A DNA stretch of 62,012 nt, the filler included. It is 7 parts of 7 records of this genome, joined end to end, with 100 filler letters (N's around TTAATTAATTAA, not from the genome) between each part and the next. Parts side by side here need not be neighbours in the genome. Positions count along the whole stretch, not along the records: positions 7,997 to 25,074 come from SRR20825010_4839; positions 25,175 to 38,777 come from SRR20825010_4841; 5 more parts are not named here. One strand, written 5' to 3'. Under the pieces are notes generated by a model. The model did no database searches, was not told the origin of the DNA, and was given only the letters and a program-made list of their open reading frames with translations. A program made the position numbers and the translations under genes. This document shows positions 17,892 through 26,980 of the stretch, in pieces (position 1 is the stretch's first letter; each line of letters starts with the position of its first letter).

Positions 17892-18800
17892 TTATTTGGT
17901 GATATTAGTTTTAAGCTCGATCATTTCACCCAATTTAAGATCATATTCATAGGAACTAAAAGGAGAACAACCCCCTCCAGGGTGAAAGGTGATTTCCCCA
18001 AAATATATTTGTCCCTCAATATTATAAAGATCTATTCTTACAAAATTCATTTTATTTTTTAACGCATTTGAAAGTTGGAATGCTACTTGGTTCATTTCTA
18101 AAAGGTTATTAGGTTTCTCCATTTTTTCTTTGGTAATTTGGTGAGAAATGGTGAATTCCTGCTTATTCCAGTGTAAATCAAAAAAATCTCGTTTTCGTAC
18201 GCCCTCATATCTTTCTGAATCGACCTGTATAAGCTTTGGCATACCATTGAAGCAATAATATTTATAATCTTTTAAATCATCGTTGGTGTTATTGGCGATG
18301 AGATGTTCTATTAAAATCTTATTCGTTTTTATATCGTACTGCCACTCCCTTCCAAAAATGGAATAATCAATTTTTAACCAATGGTTCAAGGTCTTTTTCA
18401 TTTGAAATGAATCAATTTTTGATTTATCCTTTACAATTATATTCAGGCCGGAGGCTTGGGTTATTTTAACAACAAATTTCATTGGCAAGGCATCAAAATC
18501 AATATCTTCGGCTTGCTGATAAATCCCAATAATCGGAATCAAATATTTCTCGCCTATCGTTTTGGTAATAAATTTTCTGACTTCAAATTTGTCCGCTAAT
18601 AATGCCCCTCCCTTAAACTTAATGTTTAGTTTGTTCCAGAGTATTTTTTCATTGAAGGTTTTTGGGTTTTTTAAATTTAGTCTTTTTGGTATGTAACCTC
18701 TTCGGAAATGAAGGTAATAATGTGCTGCTTGGCTAAACATTTTATCTGAAACGAAAAAAGTGCCAATTTGGAGTATATAGTATTTTAGGTTAATTCTCAT
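17892..18800 (-). CDS. TupA-like ATP-grasp amidoligase
   Basis: NPKTFNEKI, LADKFEVR, LKDYKYYCFNG, FVRIDLY and IYFGEITFHPGGG motifs. Confidence 0.88.
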   Translation of the reverse strand: MRINLKYYILQIGTFFVSDKMFSQAAHYYLHFRRGYIPKRLNLKNPKTFNEKILWNKLNIKFKGGALLADKFEVRKFITKTIGEKYLIPIIGIYQQAEDIDFDALPMKFVVKITQASGLNIIVKDKSKIDSFQMKKTLNHWLKIDYSIFGREWQYDIKTNKILIEHLIANNTNDDLKDYKYYCFNGMPKLIQVDSERYEGVRKRDFFDLHWNKQEFTISHQITKEKMEKPNNLLEMNQVAFQLSNALKNKMNFVRIDLYNIEGQIYFGEITFHPGGGCSPFSSYEYDLKLGEMIELKTNITK

Positions 18801-18935
18801 TATTAATTTGATCTATTTTATTCTTTTTCACAATTTTTCCAGGTAGCATTTATAGAATATAATAAACTAATTTTATCAGGAGTAAACAAATAAGTTCTTT
18901 CAATAGACTCTATTAGAGTTTCAAGTGTTAGTATA

Positions 18936-20003
18936 TTATTTTTTTGTAATAAAATTTAAAAATTTCATTCCAATCTTGTCAAGTGAATATTGTTCTCTCA
19001 ATTTATATGACTCTGCTTTCAAAGAATTTCGCAAATCTTCCCTCTGCATCATTTCCTTAAGTATTTCTTTATACTTTTGTCTATTATCAATTGGAATAAG
19101 AATTCCATTCTCACCATTTTTAATAATATCTCTTGGACCAGCATCGCAGTCATATGAAATACAGGCCACTGGATAGCACATTGCTTCCAACAAGGCGTTT
19201 GGAAAGCCTTCAGATATAGAGGTGAACGCGAAAATTTCCGCAATAGCCAGCCATTTGTCAACATCATTTGAGGAACCTGCCAATTTTACGTTATTAGCGC
19301 CAATCTCATTTATATAGCTCTGTAGCTCTTGTTGAAGTGGACCGCTACCAACTATAATCAGTTGCCAAGTGTTATCATTAATTTCATTAAATATCTCAAT
19401 CAGGTGTTTTTGATTTTTCCCTGAAGTTAATCTACCAATGTTCAAAACAACCTTTGGAGACAACGAAATAGTATTATGAAATTTTAGTACTTTTACGGGA
19501 TTTGGAATGACTTTATAATTGTCATTTCTTATTCCCTTTTGAATCATTGTTAGTTCTGCAAATCTAGTTTGGGCAATAATCCCATTAGCATAAGGATACA
19601 TAAGTTTTCTAAAAAGTTCTTGAAAGAATCCGATATTGTTCTTGGGGTTGCTTCTATCTGAAACATAAATCGGTACCTTAGTTTTGAAAAGAGCTAAAAC
19701 TGAAAGACTATTGTATTTATGTGGTAGGCTAAAAACACTTATAGGCTGAACTTTTAATACAATTTTTCGAATGTAAAACAATAACTTGATCTTGAATATA
19801 AGTTTTGAAATAAAAGTCTTTTGATAACCAAAGGATGGGAAATAAGTATTTATTCTTTCATCCAGGTGATAAAACAAGCTATTTTTTTCTAAAAAAATGA
19901 TACTTACATCATAACCCTTTGTGTTGGCATAATTGGCAAGTTCAGATACAACTCTTTCCATACCACCTTGTTTTAAGGTTGGAATAATGAACATGATTTT
20001 CAT
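18936..20003 (-). CDS. GT4 glycosyltransferase (PglH/PglJ-like)
   Basis: GGMERV, IGRLTSGKNQ, SEGFPNALLEAM and DCDAGPRDII motifs. Confidence 0.88.
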   Translation of the reverse strand: MKIMFIIPTLKQGGMERVVSELANYANTKGYDVSIIFLEKNSLFYHLDERINTYFPSFGYQKTFISKLIFKIKLLFYIRKIVLKVQPISVFSLPHKYNSLSVLALFKTKVPIYVSDRSNPKNNIGFFQELFRKLMYPYANGIIAQTRFAELTMIQKGIRNDNYKVIPNPVKVLKFHNTISLSPKVVLNIGRLTSGKNQKHLIEIFNEINDNTWQLIIVGSGPLQQELQSYINEIGANNVKLAGSSNDVDKWLAIAEIFAFTSISEGFPNALLEAMCYPVACISYDCDAGPRDIIKNGENGILIPIDNRQKYKEILKEMMQREDLRNSLKAESYKLREQYSLDKIGMKFLNFITKK

Positions 20004-20004
20004 T

Positions 20005-21390
20005 TCAAATTTTATTTTTTCTGATTAGAAAGTAAGTTAAAGGGAAACTCCAAATTACGGGTCTTAACATTACGAAAAAAGTCGATCTTCCTAGATAGAA
20101 AGAAACTCCCCCAAATATGGCAGCTACGATTATCCATCTTAAATCATTTGATACCAATAGATTTAGATTTAGTTTTTTTAAAATAAAGCCTAAAACAAAC
20201 ATTAATAGTACAACACCCACAGGGCCAAAGTTTAGATATATATCTGCGATTAGTGATGTACCTTCCCCTGAACGAGGGTTTTTGCCAAACGTCAGAAACG
20301 TAATATATTCCGCCGAACCCAAATATTCATTGTCAACTCCGAGCATTTGAACATAAACAGTTTGTGCAAATGGAACAACACTCAAAACATTACCTGACCA
20401 TAGTTGTCCATAAAAAAAATCATGATTCATTGGAACTTGTGAAACTGATGTATATAGAGTTCTTACGCTGTTAGCAAGTTCTAGGGTAAAATCATATCCA
20501 GAATTTAATTCCAAATTTTCATAGCCAGATTCTAGTATATTGTTATTGGAATCTACACCTCTTCCCAATGAAATTATTGTCATAAGTGAAGCCCCTACAA
20601 CAATGGCAAGAACTAATTCTTTGAGTTTAAAGGGCCTCACGAAAGAACCAATTAAAATAAAAAGAGTAAGTATTAGGGAAATAGGGCCACCTCTGTCTCC
20701 GGCAGCTAGGAAAGTTATAACATAAACTAAGACTAATATCAAATATGATTTGTTTAAGGCCATCATCCAACTCAAGAAGGACTTTTTGTGGCTGTTTTTA
20801 TTGTTCAAAACGACGAAAACAGTCAATAGGGTTAAAGAAATAGAAAAAAGTATTTTAATATAGGAGGATAATCCACCCGGTGTATAAGATTCACCTTTAA
20901 TATATCGTGCGCCACTGAAAAACCCACTTCCAACACTTAATAGAAATAACGCGAATAGGGCAATCGTGAAATACAATAATTTCGTGTAATTGAAATTTAA
21001 TAACGGTTTGGTATTTTTTTTTATCTTATTTAAAGACCAGTAACCCAATAGAAACGATACTCCTCCAATGACAGATAACCATGTTCCATAGTTTAAATAA
21101 TCATCATCAATCCAAATTCTAGTTAAATTTTTTGGGATCAAATTACTAAATCTATACATAATTAACCATTGAAAATGTACAATTGTAAAACCAAGCAAAA
21201 AGAAAACATCGATTCGAAACCAATTGCGATATATTTTGCTTTCAATATAAAGGTGAAGTACCACCATTGAAAGAAAAGAAATCAAGTATAAGTTTAAAAT
21301 ATTTGCATTGATATTGCTTCTGACCTCAGGTCTTAGTATTAACAAGAATATTAAAAGAAAAAATAAGATATATTTAAACGCCTTTCTCAT
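20005..21390 (-). CDS. wzy: Polysaccharide polymerase
   Basis: Many TM segments, GDRG motif, large late loop followed by IADIYLNFG; adjacent to the flippase. Confidence 0.8.
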   Translation of the reverse strand: MRKAFKYILFFLLIFLLILRPEVRSNINANILNLYLISFLSMVVLHLYIESKIYRNWFRIDVFFLLGFTIVHFQWLIMYRFSNLIPKNLTRIWIDDDYLNYGTWLSVIGGVSFLLGYWSLNKIKKNTKPLLNFNYTKLLYFTIALFALFLLSVGSGFFSGARYIKGESYTPGGLSSYIKILFSISLTLLTVFVVLNNKNSHKKSFLSWMMALNKSYLILVLVYVITFLAAGDRGGPISLILTLFILIGSFVRPFKLKELVLAIVVGASLMTIISLGRGVDSNNNILESGYENLELNSGYDFTLELANSVRTLYTSVSQVPMNHDFFYGQLWSGNVLSVVPFAQTVYVQMLGVDNEYLGSAEYITFLTFGKNPRSGEGTSLIADIYLNFGPVGVVLLMFVLGFILKKLNLNLLVSNDLRWIIVAAIFGGVSFYLGRSTFFVMLRPVIWSFPLTYFLIRKNKI

Positions 21391-21442
21391 TGACCTATGT
21401 TAATTTATACGAGAACAAACAGATTTTTCTAATCAATAAAAC

Positions 21443-22888
21443 TTACCTTCTAAAAGTTTTTATTGCAATTTTTATATCCGTAATTACATTAGAAACTTTC
21501 ATTAGATATATTGAAACCAAGAAAACTATCAAAACTAATGGGGTTAGGTAAAAGGAGTTAAACCCTTCGATATGAAGTGTTTCGAGTGTTACTCGACCTA
21601 TTATAACGTTAACCACAGATATTATTATAACTTTCAAAACTACTATTAATTCGTGCCATGACAACCCAGGTTGGATTTTTCTTGATACATAATAGTTCAT
21701 AAAAAAACTTAACACACTCGTAATTAAGAAACCATATAACAAAACTTCTATACTTAATGAAATAATACCAATTATAATTGAAAGTATTTGCACGAATTTT
21801 TTTATAATCTCTAACAACAGAATTTTCTCTGTTTTGTCAAAAACTTTGAAAATAATGCGATTAAAAGACTCTTGCATATAAAAAAAAGAAGATATAATAA
21901 GTATTTCTAGATAAAAGACTGCTTCAATCCAATTGGGCCCATAAAACATTAAGATTATGTTCTCGGCATAAAAGTAAATTAGCATACAAATTAAACCTAC
22001 TGCTACTGTAAACAATGAAATTATTCTTCTATAAAAAATATTAAATAGATTCTTATCTTCTTGAATTTTAGACAATGAAGAAAAAACAACACTTGATGTA
22101 AGGGATTTAATAACACCTATTGGAACTTCTTGTAGTTTTTGCGCCTGATAGTAAAGTCCAGTCTGATTAATTGTAAAATACTTACCTAATATAAGTTGAT
22201 AAATATTTTTAAAAACCGTATTAATAATAGAAGCTAAGGTGGTATTTATGCCAAATTTGTAATGTGTTCTGAAAGAACTTCTATCAAAAACCCAAGGACC
22301 TATTCCACCTTCAAAATACCAATACATACTGCATTGAAAAAAGGAAATCAAAATTTGCATTAAAACAATTGACCAGACTCCAAATCCCTTGATTGCAAGA
22401 ATTATTGCCACAGTGGAGGCAATAAAAATGGCAATAAAATCGTAGAGTGCCTTTTTCTGGAATTCCATATTTTTTATTAATCGAGTGATCTGGACCAGTT
22501 GAAAAGCATTAAACAGTATAACAGAAGAACTTGCAATTAAAATATTTTTCAATTCTAAATCGTTATAAAATTTTGCAATGCTTCCAGAGCTTAGAATTAG
22601 TACTACTACTATAGCAATGGAAAGTATTAAATTAGTGAGGAATATAGTGGAAAAATCTCTTTCAGTAGCTTTATTATTTCTGACAAGTGCGCCACCAAGC
22701 CCTGCGTCTGTAAATACACGTGCAATGGCAATAAAGAAAAGTACAATCCCTATTTGACCAAATTCGTAAGTGGTGAGTAATCTTGCTAGAATAATGTTGG
22801 CGATAAGTGCAACTATCCAATAACTTATTTGACCTGCAAAAGACCAAAACAAACCAGCAATAAGCTGCTCTTTATGACTATTGGACAT
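21443..22888 (-). CDS. wzx: Polysaccharide repeat-unit flippase (WzxC-like)
   Basis: ILARLLTTYEFG, FTDAGLGGALV, GFGVWSIV and GLYYQAQKL motifs; polytopic membrane protein. Confidence 0.92.
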   Translation of the reverse strand: MSNSHKEQLIAGLFWSFAGQISYWIVALIANIILARLLTTYEFGQIGIVLFFIAIARVFTDAGLGGALVRNNKATERDFSTIFLTNLILSIAIVVVLILSSGSIAKFYNDLELKNILIASSSVILFNAFQLVQITRLIKNMEFQKKALYDFIAIFIASTVAIILAIKGFGVWSIVLMQILISFFQCSMYWYFEGGIGPWVFDRSSFRTHYKFGINTTLASIINTVFKNIYQLILGKYFTINQTGLYYQAQKLQEVPIGVIKSLTSSVVFSSLSKIQEDKNLFNIFYRRIISLFTVAVGLICMLIYFYAENIILMFYGPNWIEAVFYLEILIISSFFYMQESFNRIIFKVFDKTEKILLLEIIKKFVQILSIIIGIISLSIEVLLYGFLITSVLSFFMNYYVSRKIQPGLSWHELIVVLKVIIISVVNVIIGRVTLETLHIEGFNSFYLTPLVLIVFLVSIYLMKVSNVITDIKIAIKTFRR

Positions 22889-22940
22889 TGATGTATTGTG
22901 TTTTCGATATATAAATTACAATGGCGATTCTATGATTTTT

Positions 22941-23018
22941 ATTCACTAAAATTAACTTTCTTAAGTATATTACATTTTGTCCGGTAACCCCAATAATAAA
23001 TGCTATTCTATTTTTCAA
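22941..23018 (-). pseudogene. Probable relic of the GDP-mannose 4,6-dehydratase (gmd) N-terminus
   Basis: Hand translation (TTG)KNRIAFIIGVTGQNVIYLRKLILVN against the Gmd pattern K.ALITGVTGQDG.YLA.LLL; the frame stops at 22878. Confidence 0.55.
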
Positions 23019-23112
23019 AATAGGATGCTTATTGATGCTTATTTAAGAGCAATAGGCGTATTTTTTTTAGTGGGTAAATATTACTAAAAAAATTGCCAAT
23101 ATCAAGTTGTCG

Positions 23113-24273
23113 TTACCCCAAAAAACTCATAATTCTTGCTCTGATAATGGCCAAGCTTCTTTTTTTAGGGATCCTAAGCTTCATTCTGCCCTCCGTGCGT
23201 TTCACCAACCAAGGCGAGATATAAATTAGCGGTACTGCCAGGACCATTATGTACAATTGTACATGTATATATAAATCCCTGATCAGAAAGGCCAAGGTAA
23301 TGATCACGATATTCAGCGTGGCAATGACCAAGGTCGTCTTCTTATGTGTAAGGCCTAGATTTAAAAGTCGGTGGTGTATATGGTTGCGGTCCGCCCTAAA
23401 AGGGCTGCGTTTTTGTGATATACGTATAGCAAAAACTCTTAAGGTGTCCAAAAGGGGATAGGACAATATGGCCATGCCCATTATAGGTGCTTCTATGTTC
23501 GTTACAGGATGTTCTATAATAGAGTTGTAGGATAAAAACCCAACCGCCTGAAAAGCCAATAGAAAACCTATAAACATGGATCCGGAGTCTCCCATAAATA
23601 TTTTACGTTGAGGAGATAGGTTGTACCTTAGGAAGCCTAATATTGCCCCAATGAGTACAAAGGAAATTAACACAAACAGATAACGTTCATTTATGAAAAA
23701 AAAGGTGCCAAATGATAGGCTAGATAAAAGGGCCACAGATCCAGCCAGGCCATCCAGACCGTCTATAAGATTAAAGGCGTTGATGATCAATAGAAAGACA
23801 AAGAGCGTAAAGACTACTGAAATGTAGTAGGGTAGTTCCTCAAAACCAAATATACCTTCGAAGCTCAAGATTCTCATATCCCCTAAAATTATAGCCATAA
23901 TGGAGGCGATTGCCTGAACCAAAAATTTCTTTTTTGGGGCCAACCCTAAAAGATCGTCTTTAATGCCCAAAAACATTAGCGTAATACTGGCCGCAATAAC
24001 AGACAATAGTTTTATAAGGTCGGTTTGGGACAGGCCCAATACCATTCCCAAGCTTATTAAGGTAAGAGCAAATGTGATAAAAATGCCAACACCACCTAGG
24101 GTAGGGGTTTTGGACGTGTGCGTACTGCGGTCTATAGGCTCGTCCATAAGGTTCTTGGACTTTACCAGATAGATGATAACCGGGTACATTCTCAGGGAGA
24201 GCAATACGGGCGCTAGTATTGCCACACATACCAAGAGGTAGGTATTGGTAAATAACTCATTTAAATATGCCAT
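23113..24273 (-). CDS. wecA: Undecaprenyl-phosphate GlcNAc-1-phosphate transferase (WecA/TagO, MraY family)
   Basis: TPTLGGVGI, GIKDD, INAFNLIDGLDG, IFMGDSGS and ADRNHIHHRL motifs. Confidence 0.9.
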   Translation of the reverse strand: MAYLNELFTNTYLLVCVAILAPVLLSLRMYPVIIYLVKSKNLMDEPIDRSTHTSKTPTLGGVGIFITFALTLISLGMVLGLSQTDLIKLLSVIAASITLMFLGIKDDLLGLAPKKKFLVQAIASIMAIILGDMRILSFEGIFGFEELPYYISVVFTLFVFLLIINAFNLIDGLDGLAGSVALLSSLSFGTFFFINERYLFVLISFVLIGAILGFLRYNLSPQRKIFMGDSGSMFIGFLLAFQAVGFLSYNSIIEHPVTNIEAPIMGMAILSYPLLDTLRVFAIRISQKRSPFRADRNHIHHRLLNLGLTHKKTTLVIATLNIVIITLAFLIRDLYIHVQLYIMVLAVPLIYISPWLVKRTEGRMKLRIPKKRSLAIIRARIMSFLG

Positions 24274-25048
24274 GGTCAGTGTTTAGCACATAAGTGTTTA
24301 TTGTTCATTAATAGTTTATACATTAATGCACTAATTTTGATACACTTTATTAGGGGGAGTTAAAAGGAACAAAAAGTAAAATCTAGGGTCTAAAAATTTA
24401 TCTTTTACAGTAAAATCCTCAGTGGTCAAAACTATGAATTTTTATTGGGTTTTATGTTATTTAATCGTTTAAATGCAATTTATTATTACTTATGATCTGT
24501 ACTCCTTATCTGTCAAAAGAAGCACATTAATTTGATTTTTGCAATACAGTCTTGTTAACATCTGGTTATGCGTTTGTGTTGGTTTTGTTGGACTTTATGG
24601 GCTTTACCAATTACATTTGACTGCGGATGACAGCTATACTTGCTTTAAAAAGTAATTACCCTTCTGCAGCTGGTCCTTTGTTTACTTATTATTGCGGATT
24701 ATTTGTGTTAATAAAATTTTTAAACGCGCTAAAAAAACGCTCTTATTCTACTTTGGTTTTTAAGGTTATTGCTGCCATTTTCTTAAGTTTCACCAGAAAT
24801 AAAAGGCCAAGCTCGTGAAATTTGTGAGTTCCCCTGAACACGATTTCAACAAGCCAGCCAATATATTTTTCTTTATTGCATAGTTTTTTCTGCTTTAGTG
24901 CCTTTTATTCTTTTTTTATTTTTTTTATTTTCTTGTATCTATGGCCAAACCTAAGACTACTTCAGAGCAAATCCTTGCGGTTTTCCGCAGGTCCCACCTG
25001 ATGACAGGACTAACTCCCCATGAAAACCCATCCTTGGCTCCCGTGGAA

Positions 25049-25074
25049 AACCCACCCCTAACCCCTCCCAAGAG
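25049..25074. repeat. Partial REP-like element at the contig end
   Basis: AACCCACCCCTAACCCCTCCCAAGAG, cut by the gap; resembles the CCCCTAACCCCTCC..GAGGGG repeats I recall from Bacteroidota. Confidence 0.5.
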
Positions 25075-25174
25075 NNNNNNNNNNNNNNNNNNNNNNNNNN
25101 NNNNNNNNNNNNNNNNNNTTAATTAATTAANNNNNNNNNNNNNNNNNNNNNNNNNNNNNNNNNNNNNNNNNNNN
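25075..25174. other. Artificial contig spacer
   Basis: N-runs with TTAATTAATTAA. Confidence 0.99.
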
Positions 25175-25225
25175 GTTGATTTCGTATTGAATGCCTCCGC
25201 AGAGACAGCTACCCGTTTGCTTCAT
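25175..25225 (-). CDS. GFA-family (CENP-V/Mss4-like) protein, first 17 codons; probable first integron cassette
   Basis: MKQTGSCLCGGIQYEIN (GSCLCG motif), preceded by AAGGAAG and a GTT core site 24 nt upstream of the ATG. Confidence 0.7.
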
Positions 25226-25242
25226 TAATGCACTTCCTTGTG

Positions 25243-25260
25243 TGATAACAGCAGTTAGAC
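25243..25260 (-). mobile_element. Candidate integron attI simple site
   Basis: Minus strand GTCTAAC-TGCT-GTTATCA: a perfect RYYYAAC followed by a GTT core, between the 5' end of intI and a divergent cassette-like ORF. Confidence 0.55.
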
Positions 25261-25386
25261 CGACGTCTCAGTGATTGCAAAAATTTGACCGCTTCATGAT
25301 TACGACTTTTCAAACACTAATACTCGATCCAAAAATTTGTAAATCAACAGCTTAGCCCACTAGATACACCCATGCTACGTAATCAT

Positions 25387-25433
25387 TTGACATCTGTGAT
25401 CTGCGCCACCAATAATGCTGTTTAAATATACAG
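25387..25433 (+). promoter_or_regulatory. intI promoter with LexA (SOS) box
   Basis: TTGACA (25387-25392), AATAAT (25411-25416) and CTGT-TTAAATAT-ACAG (25418-25433), which matches CTGT-N8-ACAG. Confidence 0.8.
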
Positions 25434-25463
25434 TTTTTTTGGCAAAGAGCCTCTTCAATGTAA

Positions 25464-25939
25464 GGAAAGCAGCCCCGGGAAATGGGGCCGCGGGAGGTTG
25501 ATGAGTTTCTAACATGGCTAGCGGTGCATCGCAACGTTGCTACAGCCACACAAAGTCAGGCTTTGAACTCCCTGGTCTTTTTGTATAACAAGGTCCTCGA
25601 TAAACCGTTAGGCGATATCGTTACGGTCGTTCACTAGAGTGGCAGTGGCTTTTTTCGTCGCCCACGCTCAGTACCGACAATCTTGGCAATGTGACCCATC
25701 ATCACCGGCATATTTCGTCCGTTCAGAGGGTTGTGCGTCATGCGGTTGAAGCCGCCGGAATTGGCAAACCAGCAGGCTGCCAGACGTTCCGGCACACTTT
25801 TGCAACAGAATTGCTGAAACGGGGCAGTGACATCCGCACGGTGCAGGATTTGTTGGGTCATGCGGATCTGCGTAACGCCCAGATCTATACGCACGTTCTC
25901 GGCCAGGGGTTCGCCGACGTTCGCAGCCCATTAGGTTAA
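25464..25939 (+). pseudogene. intI: Integron integrase pseudogene (5' loss, large internal deletion, frameshift)
   Basis: Fragment 1: KQPREMGPREVDEFLTWLAVHRNVATATQSQALNSLVFLYNKVL, stop at 25635-25637. Fragment 2, another frame: EWQWLFSS...HHHRH...[38 protein letters not shown]...VRSPLG. The box I region is absent. Confidence 0.9.
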
Positions 25940-26086
25940 CGCCTGCAGTGGGAGCAAAGACATGACCGTTTTCATCCTACGTTGATTGCCATTCGTGGAC
26001 GGTCGCTCAGGGGCGTAGCCGCAGGGAGGAGCCCTACCCGTTCCACACCGGATAAGATGGGCTAATCTTCCTGCCGAGGCCAACCC

Positions 26087-26980
26087 ATGAACAAACCCAT
26101 CGTCATCATAGGCGGCGCATCGCTGGATACCATCATCCAGCTCGATGCCCTGCCAACCCCAACACCGCAAACCCTGTGGCCCAAGAGCAGTTACAGATCC
26201 GTCGGCAGCACCGGTGCTGGCAAGGCGCTGAACCTTGCGGCGCTGGGGCGCAGCGTAGTCCTGCATTCGCTGCTGGGGCAGGACACGGAGGCCGACCTGG
26301 TACGTCACGCCCTGAATAAGCCTGGCATCGAACTGCTTGCAGAAGTCACCGACACACCGACAGAACAGCACGTAAACCTGATGGACCCTCACGGCGGTCG
26401 GGTTTCGCTGTTTGTTCAGCCTCCGGCTGACCCAAGTGTCGTTAATTGGGCACCGGTGACCTCCGCAATCTCAGGCTGCGAACGGGTGGTGATCAATATC
26501 CTGAGCTACACAAAGCCGGCGCTGGCCCTGGCACAAAACGCGAGCAAACCGGTGTGGACCGACCTGCATGACTACGACGGTCGAAACCCGCATCATCAGC
26601 CGTTTATCGATGCGGCGAACGTCATTTTCCTGTCCAGCGACAATCTGCCGGACTATCGCAGTTTCATGAAAAAGATGATCGATGATGGCAAGGAGTTGGT
26701 GGTGTGCACCCATGGCAGTGACGGTGCCACCCTACTTAGCCGGGACGGGCAATGGTTGGAACAGCCCGCGTTTCCGGTCGGTCAGGTGCAGGACACCAAT
26801 GGTGCGGGTGACGCCTTCTTCAGTGGTTTTCTGTGTGGCCACCTTAACGGTGAAAACCTGAAGACCTGCCTTCGCCTCGGGGCGGTCTGTGGCGCACTCT
26901 GCGTAACCTCACAGTCCCTGGCAGCGGAAAACCTGAGCCTTCAGCGAGTTCATGACCATTTACGCGAGGGCGGCTGGTAG
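26087..26980 (+). CDS. PfkB/ribokinase-family carbohydrate kinase
   Basis: GSTGAGKALNLAALG, VCTHGSDGA and the DTNGAGDAF signature. Confidence 0.9.
   Translation: MNKPIVIIGGASLDTIIQLDALPTPTPQTLWPKSSYRSVGSTGAGKALNLAALGRSVVLHSLLGQDTEADLVRHALNKPGIELLAEVTDTPTEQHVNLMDPHGGRVSLFVQPPADPSVVNWAPVTSAISGCERVVINILSYTKPALALAQNASKPVWTDLHDYDGRNPHHQPFIDAANVIFLSSDNLPDYRSFMKKMIDDGKELVVCTHGSDGATLLSRDGQWLEQPAFPVGQVQDTNGAGDAFFSGFLCGHLNGENLKTCLRLGAVCGALCVTSQSLAAENLSLQRVHDHLREGGW

Noticed and set aside
18801-18935. Short open stretch between the GT and ATP-grasp genes as a gene relic
   Set aside because: No convincing start or recognisable motif; cannot be supported by eye.
24274-25010. Small ORFs (24627-24818, 24941 onward) and ncRNA or ops elements upstream of wecA
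   Set aside because: AT-rich sequence with no recognisable family motif or convincing structure; treated as intergenic.
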